The notes under the pieces were generated by a model. That model was not told where the DNA came from and ran no database searches. It saw only the letters and a list, made by a program, of their open reading frames with translations. 64,000 nucleotides of DNA from Octopus sinensis (taxonomy: Eukaryota), in contig NC_043000.1 of assembly GCF_006345805.1 (NCBI RefSeq), forward strand, positions 128,340,001 through 128,404,000. The letters run 5' to 3'. The translations under genes were made by a program, and so were the position numbers. This document shows, piece by piece, positions 36,301 to 48,617 of this stretch; the stretch's first letter is position 1, and every line of letters starts with the position of its first letter.

Positions 36301-39300
36301 TGGAATGACATCTTTCAGTGGGTGTAATGTGAACTTTAAGGAATGATTGAGACCAGACTTCAATAATGTAATAATAGCCTTTAGGAAATGTAATTATTAA
36401 CTTTTGAGAATGTAATTATTACAGTCAGTAATAGAAATTATATTTCTTATAATTGTAATTACAGACTTTAGAAATGTAATTATAGTCCTAGATTTTTAAT
36501 AATGGTTCTTAGTGCAATTGTGAATTTTAAAAATCTAATTTCAGACCTTACAAAATGTAATTATATCTCCTAACTTTCACCAGCTATAAACTCTCTGCAA
36601 ACTGAGTTCATTTTTTGGCCCCTTGTTGATACCACATACACCTCATCTCTTCATATTTGTGAGTGAACATACTTCTCTTATCTCTTTCCTTTAACATTCT
36701 TTATTCTGCTCTGGTTAACAGCAAACAAGGACATTAATAATACAAGGGTCATTGTTGAAATGTCATATTTTTTTTCTGACCACACAACACACAAACTTAT
36801 CCAAATTGATGAAATTTATGAGTAAAACAAGAGTAGATCACTGAATATTTGGTTTGTCTTAACACTATGCAACTTTTATCATCATGAAATCTAATTGTAT
36901 TAAATCTGACTAGAGCCTTGTGAATGAATTTGGTAAACAAAATCCTGGTATGTATGCATGTATCTATGTACATACTCACATAATATAATTCTGTCTACCA
37001 ATTTCATTCACAAGGCTTTAGTTAAATTTTATTCATATGTATGCACATATGGAGATGTGTACATGTATGTTTCCTTGTCTTGATATCGCATGCTAATTGT
37101 AAACAAATTTCACAACCATACAAGTTGTGACATTTGTTTGCACCCTTTCATGAAACATGTCTAAACAAGGAGAAAATATTAACTTGTTTGGAAACAGGTG
37201 AGGGTCAGTGGCAGAAAGAGCATCTGGCCATAGAAGTTCTGCTTCAATCTTGTCTGGTCTATGCAAACACAGAAAAGTACATGTTAAAATGATGATAAAG
37301 AATAGGGGTTGTAGCTCAATATATATCCAGCCTGCGTTTGTAGATCTAAGCTAGTGTTAACATTTAATACAGTGAGCATTAAAAATCTAATTAGAAACAC
37401 TTGGAAAAAAAAAAGACAATAATAATCAATGACTGACTACTGTAATTTTCCTTTGGTCAATACAGGAGACAACCAGATAACCACAGTGCATAAACATAAA
37501 ACAGACATGCTATGTTTTTATTGGGTAACCCCACTTAGTATCATATAGTACAATTGTCACTGATAAAGTACTTGAAATGAGTTGTCTTTCAAATGCCATC
37601 CATGGTGTTATCTAGCTCTGAATATTATATTGTTGGGTAGTTTTACTAAGATATGATCAAGAAAACCTGTATAACGAGGTTAATGAATTGAATGGTCTAG
37701 TGCACCCTTCACAGATTAAATAAATCTGGTAGCTCTGATATATTGTTTGAATGTCAGACCATGTTCTACGTTCTGACAGCTAATGCGTTATTGAGAATTT
37801 TAAAATGATGGCAGTAAATATTATCTGACAACACCAAAAGACCTTGATAAGTGGGTTGTTTTCTTACTCTAATTACAACACAGAGATAAAACCCCAGGTG
37901 TGAGCAATGAATAACTCTTATTTCCTTTGCTTCAGTGTACAACATCTAATCAGTGAACTAACTGAAAAAGTACTTCATAACATCTACACACCTTATAAGA
38001 TTTACAATTTTCTTCCAAGCTTCCTTAGAACCATCCCATCATTAACACCCAGCCTAAATCTGTTCTAATTTTTTTTTCCTATTCCAAACTGCACCCACTA
38101 CTAGTAGTTCTGCCAAGCCTGCATCAGAGCTTGTGGTTACTAAGTAGATGTTCTTACCAAAAAGATAGCTTTTGATGAGTGGGTGGGCTTGGGAACTAAA
38201 TTCTTTATAGAAAGAGTATACACTTATTTATTATCAGTGACAGAAAGAACTATCTTTGTATATTCCATAATCTGGAAAACATTTGAAATACTGCACAATA
38301 CACAATTGGACATAATTTCTCCACATACTCTAGTCCTTTGTTAATTTATTTACTTTCAGCATGGTGTATTATATGATCTTAGATAGTGTTATCTAAAAGT
38401 GATCTAGTGTGACAGAATATTTGATTATAATATTTGTCTTTTCTGTAGCCATCTTGACAAAGCTAATCATTCTTCATGAGCAAAGGTATGCCTCTGTAGT
38501 CAAGAAGTTAGCTTTACAGTTCAGTGGGTTCACTTCTTTACTTGGGCAAGTGTCTTCTACCATAACCTGGGGTCAACTCAAATTTGGAAGATGGAAAACT
38601 CTGTGGAAGCCCACTGAAGGGACTGTTCCTGTCCTTGGGTAATAAACTTAAATCAGTCACCTGGTCTAATGTCACAGCCTATCCCTTGGATGCCTTTAAC
38701 AGAGGCCATTCTGTTGCCATGCTGGGGATAAATTCTTCCTTCTCTTTCATTAGTATTGGAGGTTCTGTAAGGAACTATGGAAACTGAGCAGCCTGACTGC
38801 CCTGACTAAATCAATGAAGATATATAAAACAAACAAACAAAAACACCACAAAGTAACAACATATTTCAGTTATCCTGAGACAGGTGAGCTGATCCAAATG
38901 CTTGCAACTAAGTGAACTCTGCTAAAGGCACTTAAAAGGGCAGGTGATGACATAAAACTGGGCACAACGGATCTAAGTCTAACATCGAAGATTTTGGGAG
39001 GAACATTATTGAAACAGATAGTAGATATCATCACTAGGTGGCAGTAAGTGGAATGAGGAATGATATGAGAAAGAAGATGAGACAACCACAGCAATAGAAA
39101 CTGTGAGAGTCAGACAGACAAAGAAGAAGTTTGCATTCACTTTGCAACACTTCTGTTAGTCATTAAAGATACGGCTGCTCTAATATCCCAAACAACTTAC
39201 CCACTCCATCCTGTTGCAACACAAGCTGACAGTTTCCAATGCATACCTCCCATTCCCCGCTCACTATTTCAAGATGTCTTCAGTGGTAATGTTAAAAATG

Positions 39301-39965
39301 AGAGCATTCGCCAAGAAGGGACAGTAGAGATTTTAACTCACAGATGCACGTCCCATCAATCTTAATAACAGAGCAGAATGGAATTGGAGCAGAATGCCTA
39401 TTCTTTTCTTACAGATTTACCACCATCCATAAACTTAGACCCCACCACCACCACCACTACCATCCACACATCTCTATGCAGCTTTCTCAAGTTAAGAGTT
39501 GATAAGGAGCAGGAAGTGGCCCATAACCAGCTCTTTCTCACTGCATTTGCTAACTTGGGAGATAGCAGTGACAGAAGGGAAGCCTTCACCAGATTGATGA
39601 AAAGCTTTTGACTTTTCAGCTCCTCCTTGATTAAAGTTTCCTCCCTTGCCTCTTACACTCACTTTAGCTATGCTTGGGTGAGAAGGATTTACTGCAGTTG
39701 TGTGTATGATGGCACGAAAGAAGATAGAAAAGTTCTCCTTTATTAATAACAGTAAATATTTCTAATTTTCATTTGGTAGTAGTTTTTATCATTTTTATTT
39801 TTAATAGCTCAGTCTGAAGAAGTGACAAAGTTTTCCTTAAACCAAAGACCTGATCCATATATGTGAACCTAGAAGTCACTCAATGGCTACTAAAGGTACC
39901 AAGAGGTCTTGAAGTGGTGATACACCAGGCAACAGATCAAGTCTGTGATTTAAGAACAAGAAGAG

Positions 39966-40000
<35 letters not shown>

Positions 40001-43000
40001 TGGAGTTCATACACAGTTTCTGCCTCCCAAAATTTCACTCACAAGGCTTTTATCAACCAAAGGCATTGTGGTAGAAAACGCTCACCTAAAATGATACACA
40101 GTAGTATCATTTCCTTTCCCTCTTCCCTATTCTTTGCCATATGCTCCCATCCTCTCTTCTTATTCCATCCCTTATTCTTCTGCTTAAAACCATTGTTCAC
40201 TCTCTCTTCTATTCTCCCTCAGTTATAGGGGCTACTTTAGGTCCTTAGCCTTCTAAGTTACAAGGTAATCACCACTTGTGCTGGTGCCATGAAAAATTAC
40301 ACCAAGTAAAGTTGTTAAGTGGTTGACATTAAGAAGGGCACTGGACCATAGAAACCATACCAAAGTAGACACTGGAACATGAAGTAGCTTACTGAGTTGT
40401 CAGATCCAGTCATTAAATAACGATGATGATGTTGAGTGGGCTCAAACTCAAAACCATACAACTATAACTGCATTAACAATACCAACGAAGAACATATCAA
40501 CTTGATGGAAACATATCCTTTAGTAAGCTGTTACTGACCCCAACAATATGAGTATGCAAAGACCTTACAATTTTTAGGGAACAAAATGGGAAGTTGGTAT
40601 GTTTATGCATTTCTTTCAAGGATTCAGCATTACTAACAAGATAAAATAGTTTCATATAAAATGATAACAGGGTCACAGTTTTTCCTTTTATTGCTTAGAG
40701 TTTGCATCCACCCCAGACCTCACCACATTATTATTATAATTATAATTATTATTATTATTGCTGGTGGCGGTGGTAGTGGTGGTAGTAGTAGTAGTAGTTG
40801 CAGCAGCAGTAGTATAGTGGCAGTGGTATTTTGGAATGACATTAAACCATGAGAAAAAAGTTAAATGTACTGTCAGTTATCAACTAAGATAAAGGTTAGT
40901 AAGAAGGCCTCTTGTGATCAACAATTACAGTAATGGATGGGTAAATGTTCAATAGTAAAATTGGAAATAAATAAATAAAATTAAGTATGGAACAATATAG
41001 TCAAGGCTATATGACCAAAAAATATGGGAAAATTTCCTCACTAGTTAATGTACTGCTTGGTCTGAGAGAGCTGAGAAAGTGAAGTTGTAGCAATTTTTTT
41101 ATTGTTTACCATTGGTTTCACACAGAATATTGCCACTAGACAATATTGATGGTTTTTCAGGCATATCTGTCAAAGTACCTACCTCTCTCATATATATATA
41201 TACACACACACACAAACAAACACAGATACATATATATGCATACATATGTATATATGTATGTATGTGTGTGTGTGTGTATGTATGTGTGTGTATGTATGTG
41301 TGTGTGTATGTATGTGTGAAGGTGTGTGTGGTCTAGTGGTTAAGGTGTTGCACTTACAATTGCAAAATAGAGGAATCGATTCTAGGACCAGGTGGTTTGT
41401 TGTGTTTCTTGTGCAAAATATTTCATTTTACATTGCTCAGTCCACTCAGCTGTAAATGAACAACCATGTGATAGACTGGCATTCTGCTCAGAGGACAGTG
41501 TTGTGATCCCGTCCATTTATACAGCATGAAAACTGGGTAATTGGCCCTAAAAGTCCTAGAACTTGAGATGATAATTTCTTTTATCCTTTTACTTGTTACA
41601 GCTATGCAGCTACGGTCATGCTGGAGCACCATACATTATTTTAGTCATTTCAGCCATGCATCATGTGAATATCTATATCTGCTAACTATGTATGTGTCTA
41701 AGCACACACACACACACACACACACAAAACAAATAAAATATACATCTACTAGACTTTATGTGTCACTGCTTACACTTTTTTTTCAACTAAATTATACTAA
41801 CAGGACAGTTTAATTTTTTTTCAATGTACTCTTCTCCCCCTCCTCATGCATTCTTTTCCTAATTTTCACAGCATCATCATCATCATCACCACTAGTAGTA
41901 CTATGCATATACCTCCCTACCATTTGTCACCCTGCTCTCACTCATTGCCATCAACAATACACACACACACACACACACACAAACACAGAGTCACATGGCT
42001 CAATATGTGTAAAAGAAGCAATTCAAAGTAAAACCACCACCACCACCACCACCACATCATTACATCACCACTGCCTCTCATCATCACCACAGCTACACCA
42101 TCATCACACATCACCACCACAAATACCTTTATTACACCACCAGTGCCATTACTACTACCAGCACCACTACCACCATCACAGCACTACTATCATTACTGCC
42201 ATGAGTATCATCACCACCACCACCACCACCACTACCACCACCACCACCACCCCTCCTCCTCCTACAAAATAACAGTACAACAAAGGCAAGCTCCATTAGA
42301 TGCTATTTATAGATGTTTTTTCCTCTTACATCAGCTGGAAACTAATTCTATTCTATGCTAATTGTAGCTTTTTTAGGCAATTGCCACTAGTTGGCCCACA
42401 ACAAAGAAAATAAATACACAACAACAACAACAGCAACAATGAACAAGAGAGAGTGAGTGTGGGAGAGAGAGTGAAAGAGCTTGAGTGCACCTATACACAT
42501 ACATATACACACATGAAGTACACGCGTGCACATGTGCACACACACAAGTACTCACATATGTACTCCTGTCTCACATAGATTTTATATATAAGCAAACAAG
42601 GGAACTTAATGATGCTTCCTTTAACCTGCAATATGTAGTTAAAGTGAAGTGCAGATTGTTAGTAAGGCTGCTTATACATACATATACACACACATAACTC
42701 TCTCTCTCTCACACACGCACGTGTGTGTGTGATCATCATCATCATCTAATGTGTTTTCAATGCTGGCATGAGTTGGATGGTTCAAAAGGAGCCAGTGAGC
42801 CAGAAGACTGCACCAAGCTCAACTGTCTGCCTAGGCCTGGTTTCTGTGGCTGGATGTTCTTCCAAACACCAATCACTTTACAGAGTGCACTGGGTGCTTG
42901 TTACATGGTACTGGCACCTGTGAGGTCACAAAAGTAATTTGCAAGGCAAGACTCACCTCAAGTGAGAGTGAGGTGTAGTAGTGAGGGAGGGTGATCCTGT

Positions 43001-44200
43001 GACAGGTGATGAGCAGTTAAGGTATGATAGAAGGACAAAAACAGGTGTCATGCTGTAGAGGAGATACACACACATATACATGTGTGTGCATATATGCCAT
43101 AGACCATTAACTCCTTGATGGAATCATAGGGGTGCTGTTGTGATATACAACATGTTTTGGGTACTTTAGAATTGGTGAAAGCATCCCTCTACAGGTCTGT
43201 CCACCGTTGATTTATACCGGAGAGAGAGAGAAAGAGAAGAATTGATCCCAGTAGAAGATTAATAGTTTATTTGAAAGGATGAATGCCAAAGTTGATCTCA
43301 GTGAGATTTGAACTCTGTGCAGATAGCAAGAATGATTGCTGCAAAAGAAGGCAGAACTGATTTAATAGACCTTAATACACAATTGGTGCAAAGGCAGTGA
43401 GCTAGCAAAACTGTTAGCACACTGGGAAAAATGTTTAACAGCATTTCATCTGTCTTTATATTCTGAGTTCAAATGCTGCCAAAGTCAACTTTGCCTTTCA
43501 TCCTCTTGGGGTTGATAAAATAAATACGAGTCGAGTACTGAAGTCATTGTAATTGACTAGCCTCCTCTTCTGAAATTGTGCCAAAATTTGAAACCCATAT
43601 ATAACTGGTGCATATTATATGACCTCATATCCTTTCTTTTACAAAAGCATCACACTGAAGGAGTATAGTCAATTATATCAAACCCAGTAATAATGGCTGG
43701 TATTTATTTCATTGATCCAAATGATTCCAATGTTCATTTTGCAACCACATGGTTTTGGGCTCAATTCACTTGGACAAGTATTATCAACTATAGCTACAGG
43801 TTGGCTGCAAATGGAACTTGTAGAAGGAAAGTGTGAAGAATCCCACACACGTGTGTATGTATATGTGTGCATGAATGTGAATTCCACATGTTACCAATAG
43901 CACAGTCTGAATGACAAGGTGGTGACAATGTTTACTTTCTCCAGTGAGTAAATGTTCAATAGTTCAAGAGATATGTGATGACAGTGAAAGAAATACAACA
44001 CTAGTAAAACAAAGAAATGTTGGTGACAGGAAGAACCTTCCTCCAGCCATAGAAAATCTACCTCAATAAGTTTTCTCTAACCTATGTCAGCACACAGAAA
44101 ACATGTAAAAATGATGACAAGAAGGATCGCATATCCTTAGTTTTACTGCGTACCCACTTTTAAGGAGTGTAGTTGATTATATTGAGTCCACTACGTGAAG

Positions 44201-44534
44201 GCGCATGGCTCAGTGGTTCGAGCGTCGAGCTTATGATCGTGAGGTTGTGAGCTCGAATCCCGGACCGAGCTACGTGTTGTGTTCCTGAGCAAGACACTTT
44301 ATTTCACGTTGCTCCAGTTCACTCAGCTGTAGAAATGAGTTGTGACGTCACGAGTGCCAAGCTGTATCGGCCTTTGCCTTTCCCTTGGATAACACTGGTG
44401 GCGTGGAGAGGGGAGGCCGGTATGCATGGGCGACTGCTGGTCTTCCATAAACCACCTTGCCCAGACTTGTGACTAGGAGGGTAACTTTCTAGGTGCAATC
44501 CGATGGTCAGTGTCGTGACCGAAGGGGGTCCTGG
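44201..44534 (+). mobile_element. tRNA-derived SINE (family E) with A/B boxes, a CORE/V-like central segment and an 11-bp TSD, nested in an old antisense family-A copy
   Basis: A-box-like TGGCTCAGTGG and B-box-like GAGCTCGAATCC, then TGTTGTGTTCCTGAGCAAGACACTT...CACTCAGCTGTAGAAATGAG. Flanks ACTACGTGAAG (44190-44200) and ACTACTTGAAG (44535-44545). Older relatives lie near 11480-11555, 20990-21110, 23960-24150, 41325-41560 and 48390-48510. Confidence 0.85.
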
Positions 44535-44711
44535 ACTACTTGAAGATTAGTAATTTTATTAACCTCAAAAAATTGGAGAACAAGGGCAACCTAGATAGGA
44601 TTTGAACTCAAAACTCTCAATACTTTTTCTTTTATTTACTTGTTTTTGTCATTGGACTATGGCTATGCTGGGGTACTAGCTTGAAGTGTTTAGTCTAGCA
44701 AATCAACTTCA

Positions 44712-44754
<43 letters not shown>

Positions 44755-45583
44755 GTCTGGTACCTTATAGGTCTCTTTTGCCGAACTGCTAATTTGGGTA
44801 AGGGGGCATAAACAAACCAACACCAGTTATCAGATGGTGGTGGTAGGGACAAACACAAACCCATCAACTCACCACAAACACACACATATATAGTTTCCAT
44901 CCATCAAATTCACTCACAAGGCATTGATTGGCCTGTGGCTATAGTAGAAGACACTTGCCCAAGGTTCTGCACACTGAGATGAACCTAAAATGAACTCCTC
45001 CACCACATAGCCATGCATTCTTCCTTTTTATTTTTCTATTAGAATAAAAAGACTTGGTTTCTTTCTTGAAGCATAACAAAATGCCAAGTTGCAATGAAGA
45101 GTTAGTGGCGATTACCATTGGTGTCTAGCCCCAGGTCAGTCTTGATTGAGCAGACCTCCGTACCAAATGCACTACAGCTTTGACCATTAATATCTTTTCC
45201 CTCTATGTACAGGAAATGTAGGACCATGTTCTTTTTTTTAAGATTTGAGGGTCACATGGTTGCTCAGGTCATGTGACAATGTAGAGGTTCCTTGTTGCTT
45301 CAGCTTGTTATTGTTGGTGGTATGATAGCAGGATGAAAGATAGTGAAGAACTCCCAATAAAATATAAAGAAAAAGGTTTATGGTAATACAGATTAAAAAA
45401 AAAAAAGGTTATTAACAGAAGTAGAGGAGCGGAGGTGAAGAAGAAAATAGAGTTTAGGGGGAAAAGTGAGAGAGTGAGAAAGAATGAGAGAGAGAAAGTG
45501 AGAAAGAGAGGGAGAGAAGACACTAGGAAAAAGAAGTACATTAAAAAAAAACCTTTAAAAAGCAAAAAAGCATTGTGGGAAAT

Positions 45584-45626
<43 letters not shown>

Positions 45627-46902
45627 AGTCAAAAGTTTGTGTGTGAAGCGGCCTGACACATTCAACAGCTTGTTATATGGGTTACAGTGCACATGAAGAG
45701 CAGATGTAAGAGATGGATATTACAGCATAATAAACCCAGAGAAATTTAGAGCAAGGACTTTTTCTTAACCTTATTATTATTATTATTATAACTTTTTGAT
45801 TATTTTTTTTTAATATTTGATATTATTTTTTTAAGGGGGTATGCAAAAAAATAAATGAGAAAGGACAGACACTTCTCTAAAAAAAATAAATGAAAACACC
45901 ATTTGAAAAATTTGTAAGAAAATACTCATAGTTACAAAAGAGAGGAGAGTAGAAAAAGGGGAGATGACTGAAAGTGAAGGGAGAGTGGAAAAGGAAGACA
46001 AGAAAACAGAGACAGTGGTGGTGGTTGTGGTGAGAGTGGTGTAGGAAATGAAGAAAAAAAAGTAATAGAAAGCAAGGGAATGGGAAAATGATAAAATATG
46101 ATAAAGAGAAGGGGAGGAGTAATACTAAACATTTCAAACACCAGCCAGAGGGGAACTCAATGCGGTCATTCTTTATGCTAAATAGAGCAGCCAATTCTCC
46201 GACAAATCAAACCTCATCCCAATCATTTGAAAAGGTTACTTTTAATTATGTGATCCTACTTAACCTGCATCGAGGGAAAAAAACAGGATGGCTAAGACTG
46301 GAATGCATTTGATAGAAAAAAATTACATGCAAAATAACCAAGATTGGTAACTGTTACAATATGCGCCAACTAATGAGGGACTAATAAATAGTGATATGCT
46401 GTAAGATGTGTCCAACACATGCTAGCTTAGAAAAATAGATGTAAAATGATACACACATACATAGAGACACACATATTTATGTCTATGTATGTTTCTGGGT
46501 TCTAAATCCAGCCGGTAGTGGCCTTACTTGAAGATTTCAGTATTAACCCTTCCCTTACAATATTTCTGTTCAAATACACTTTCTTACAATCAATTTGTAA
46601 AATAATGAAGAATATAGTAAAATAACTGTCACCATTTGGAGTATGAATTAATACGAAATTTTAATATGAAGTTTTAACTTAGATTATTTTAAAACAGTAA
46701 GTCTGTACCATGAAACCTAAAGCAGTCTCAGGTGATTTAATATCAAAAGGGTTCATCTCACAATATCTGTATGTTAGTGATGCTAAAAGGTAATATAGTT
46801 AGGCTGTAATGTGACACAAGAAGTAAATGCATGGAAAGCAAGGATCTGCTTGAAGAAGGAGCTTTTCAATGACACTTAAAATCCACCAGATACTGACAAA
46901 AC

Positions 46903-47049
46903 CAGTGGTTCCCAACCTGTTGTTCACAAAGGTAGTACTGGGGATCTGTGAACATGTTAAGCTGACAGGCCTTCCAATATCCTGGGGTCTGTGGGAAAAC
47001 TCATTTAAATAAAAGGGGTCCTTGGTAGTGAAGAGGTTGGGAACCACTG
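46903..47049. mobile_element. 147-bp hAT-type MITE
   Basis: Perfect 16-bp TIRs CAGTGGTTCCCAACCT / AGGTTGGGAACCACTG. The TSD is degraded (GACAAAAC / GACTAAGT, 5/8). Confidence 0.8.
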
Positions 47050-47709
47050 GACTAAGTCAATAAGGAACGCTTTAATTTTCTAGCCCAGCCAGCTGGAAAT
47101 AGAAAACAACCTCCCTACAAATAATATCTAGTCATTGAAAAGAAGGGCACATTGAGCCATATAGGTCCTTTTACATTGTGTCTGAAAAAAATGACAGCAT
47201 AGTCAAATCAAAGCTGAATGGTTTTGGTTTGGGGTTAAATAACAACACCAACAAAACTAGGTACTGATAAGGGGTGGGATCCATTGCAGAGATGATAAAT
47301 TCTGCTAGCCTCTATTATTTACTTCCATATGATTAACTTTTGGTTCCATATCTTCTAGCTGTAATGGTCTGTTATGGTATATTCCATGAGCAAGTGAGTG
47401 AGTGTGTGTGTATGTCCTTTTTCTTTATTGTGTTTGTCTACTGCAGGTGACTATTCAAATAACTTGTGGGATTTTGCAAACAAAACACAATGAAATACCT
47501 GAAAGAAGATCCAACAAACTGTGCAGGAGTCATTTAGTACAAAAATTTAAACAAATAAAATTTTGTGGTTTGTGAGAGTAGATAGAAGCAATAATGAAGA
47601 ATATTGGCATGATAGAATTATCTGTAGAGCTATGTAGCATGGTTACTAAACAGTTCCAAATATTTAATTCTCATGGCAAAAACCAACGACAATATTCAAG
47701 AAAATTTAC

Positions 47710-47878
47710 CTTTTGTGAGATCCGCAAGCACATGTTTGATTCCTTGATTGAAGGCTCGGGCTTCTCCCGACCTTTCAAAAGTAAGACCAAATCGTTTGTC
47801 ATCTGTCCGCCAGTGGTGAAATTTAGGATTCACCACTGTGTATTGGATGTCTTTTTTTATCGTACAACTAAGCAGTTC
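47710..47878 (-). CDS. SPRED: SPRED internal coding exon, C-terminal half of the EVH1 domain (phase 0 start, phase 1 end)
   Basis: Translates ELLSCTIKKDIQYTVVNPKFHHWRTDDKRFGLTFERSGEARAFNQGIKHVLADLTK(G), matching the SPRED EVH1 signature (NPxFHHW...FGLTF...ARAF). Acceptor is tttcctctctttgcag|GAA and donor is AAAG|gtaaat. The 169-nt length and phases match, from memory, vertebrate SPRED1 exon 3. Confidence 0.96.
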
Positions 47879-48519
47879 CTGCAAAGAGAGGAAAAGTAAA
47901 AGATTTATACATCTTTTATATGCAATAGAAGTAGTATTAGCTTAAAATAGCAATCTGTATATCACACTTAATGTAAATACATCACAAGAAGCTAAATTTA
48001 TTGCAGTATTCATTTGGAGATAATATCGCTTATAGACATATTGTGTTTAATAACACAAATATAATAATATCAGCAACAGACAAGAATTAACCAGTGCATT
48101 TCTGCTTCTATGGGCTTTGTTAGTAGCATGTACTCACTAGCAATCACATGCTGAGACAACTATATATATGTATACATCTCTTGTCTAGTGGTAGTATGCC
48201 CTTGGGGAGACCTGTGCATGTGAGCCTTCTCCAGCACTCTCTGGGAGAACACGTATCCTCCACTGCTACTGTTAAGTAGATTACTGGAACTTTGGCTATC
48301 TTGACTTAGACTTGGGAATGTAGAAAGCTGGAAGATATATCATAAAGCATCTCTGCTGGCATGACAACAATTCAACCACTCTCCCACCTGCAAGCAAAGC
48401 AAAATGAAGTGCTTTGCTCAAGAACACAACTCTCCACAAGATCTGGGAATTGAACACATGACCTTGTGACTATGAGTGCAACACCCTAACCACTAGGCCA
48501 TGTGCCTTCACATATGAAT

Positions 48520-48524
<5 letters not shown>

Positions 48525-48616
<92 letters not shown>

Positions 48617-48617
48617 T
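48525..48617. repeat. (CA)n(TA)n(CA)n microsatellite
   Basis: Seen directly. Confidence 0.95.

Noticed and set aside
38880-39660. Protein-like open stretches (for example TLLKALKRAGDDIKLG..., and a 77-aa ORF at 39378-39611)
   Set aside because: They are interrupted by stops, have no identifiable family motif, and I could not distinguish them from decayed transposon or neutral sequence.
44200-44275. tRNA-like sequence with A and B boxes
   Set aside because: It continues into a SINE body with a TSD and lacks a proper acceptor stem, so it is a SINE head rather than a tRNA gene.
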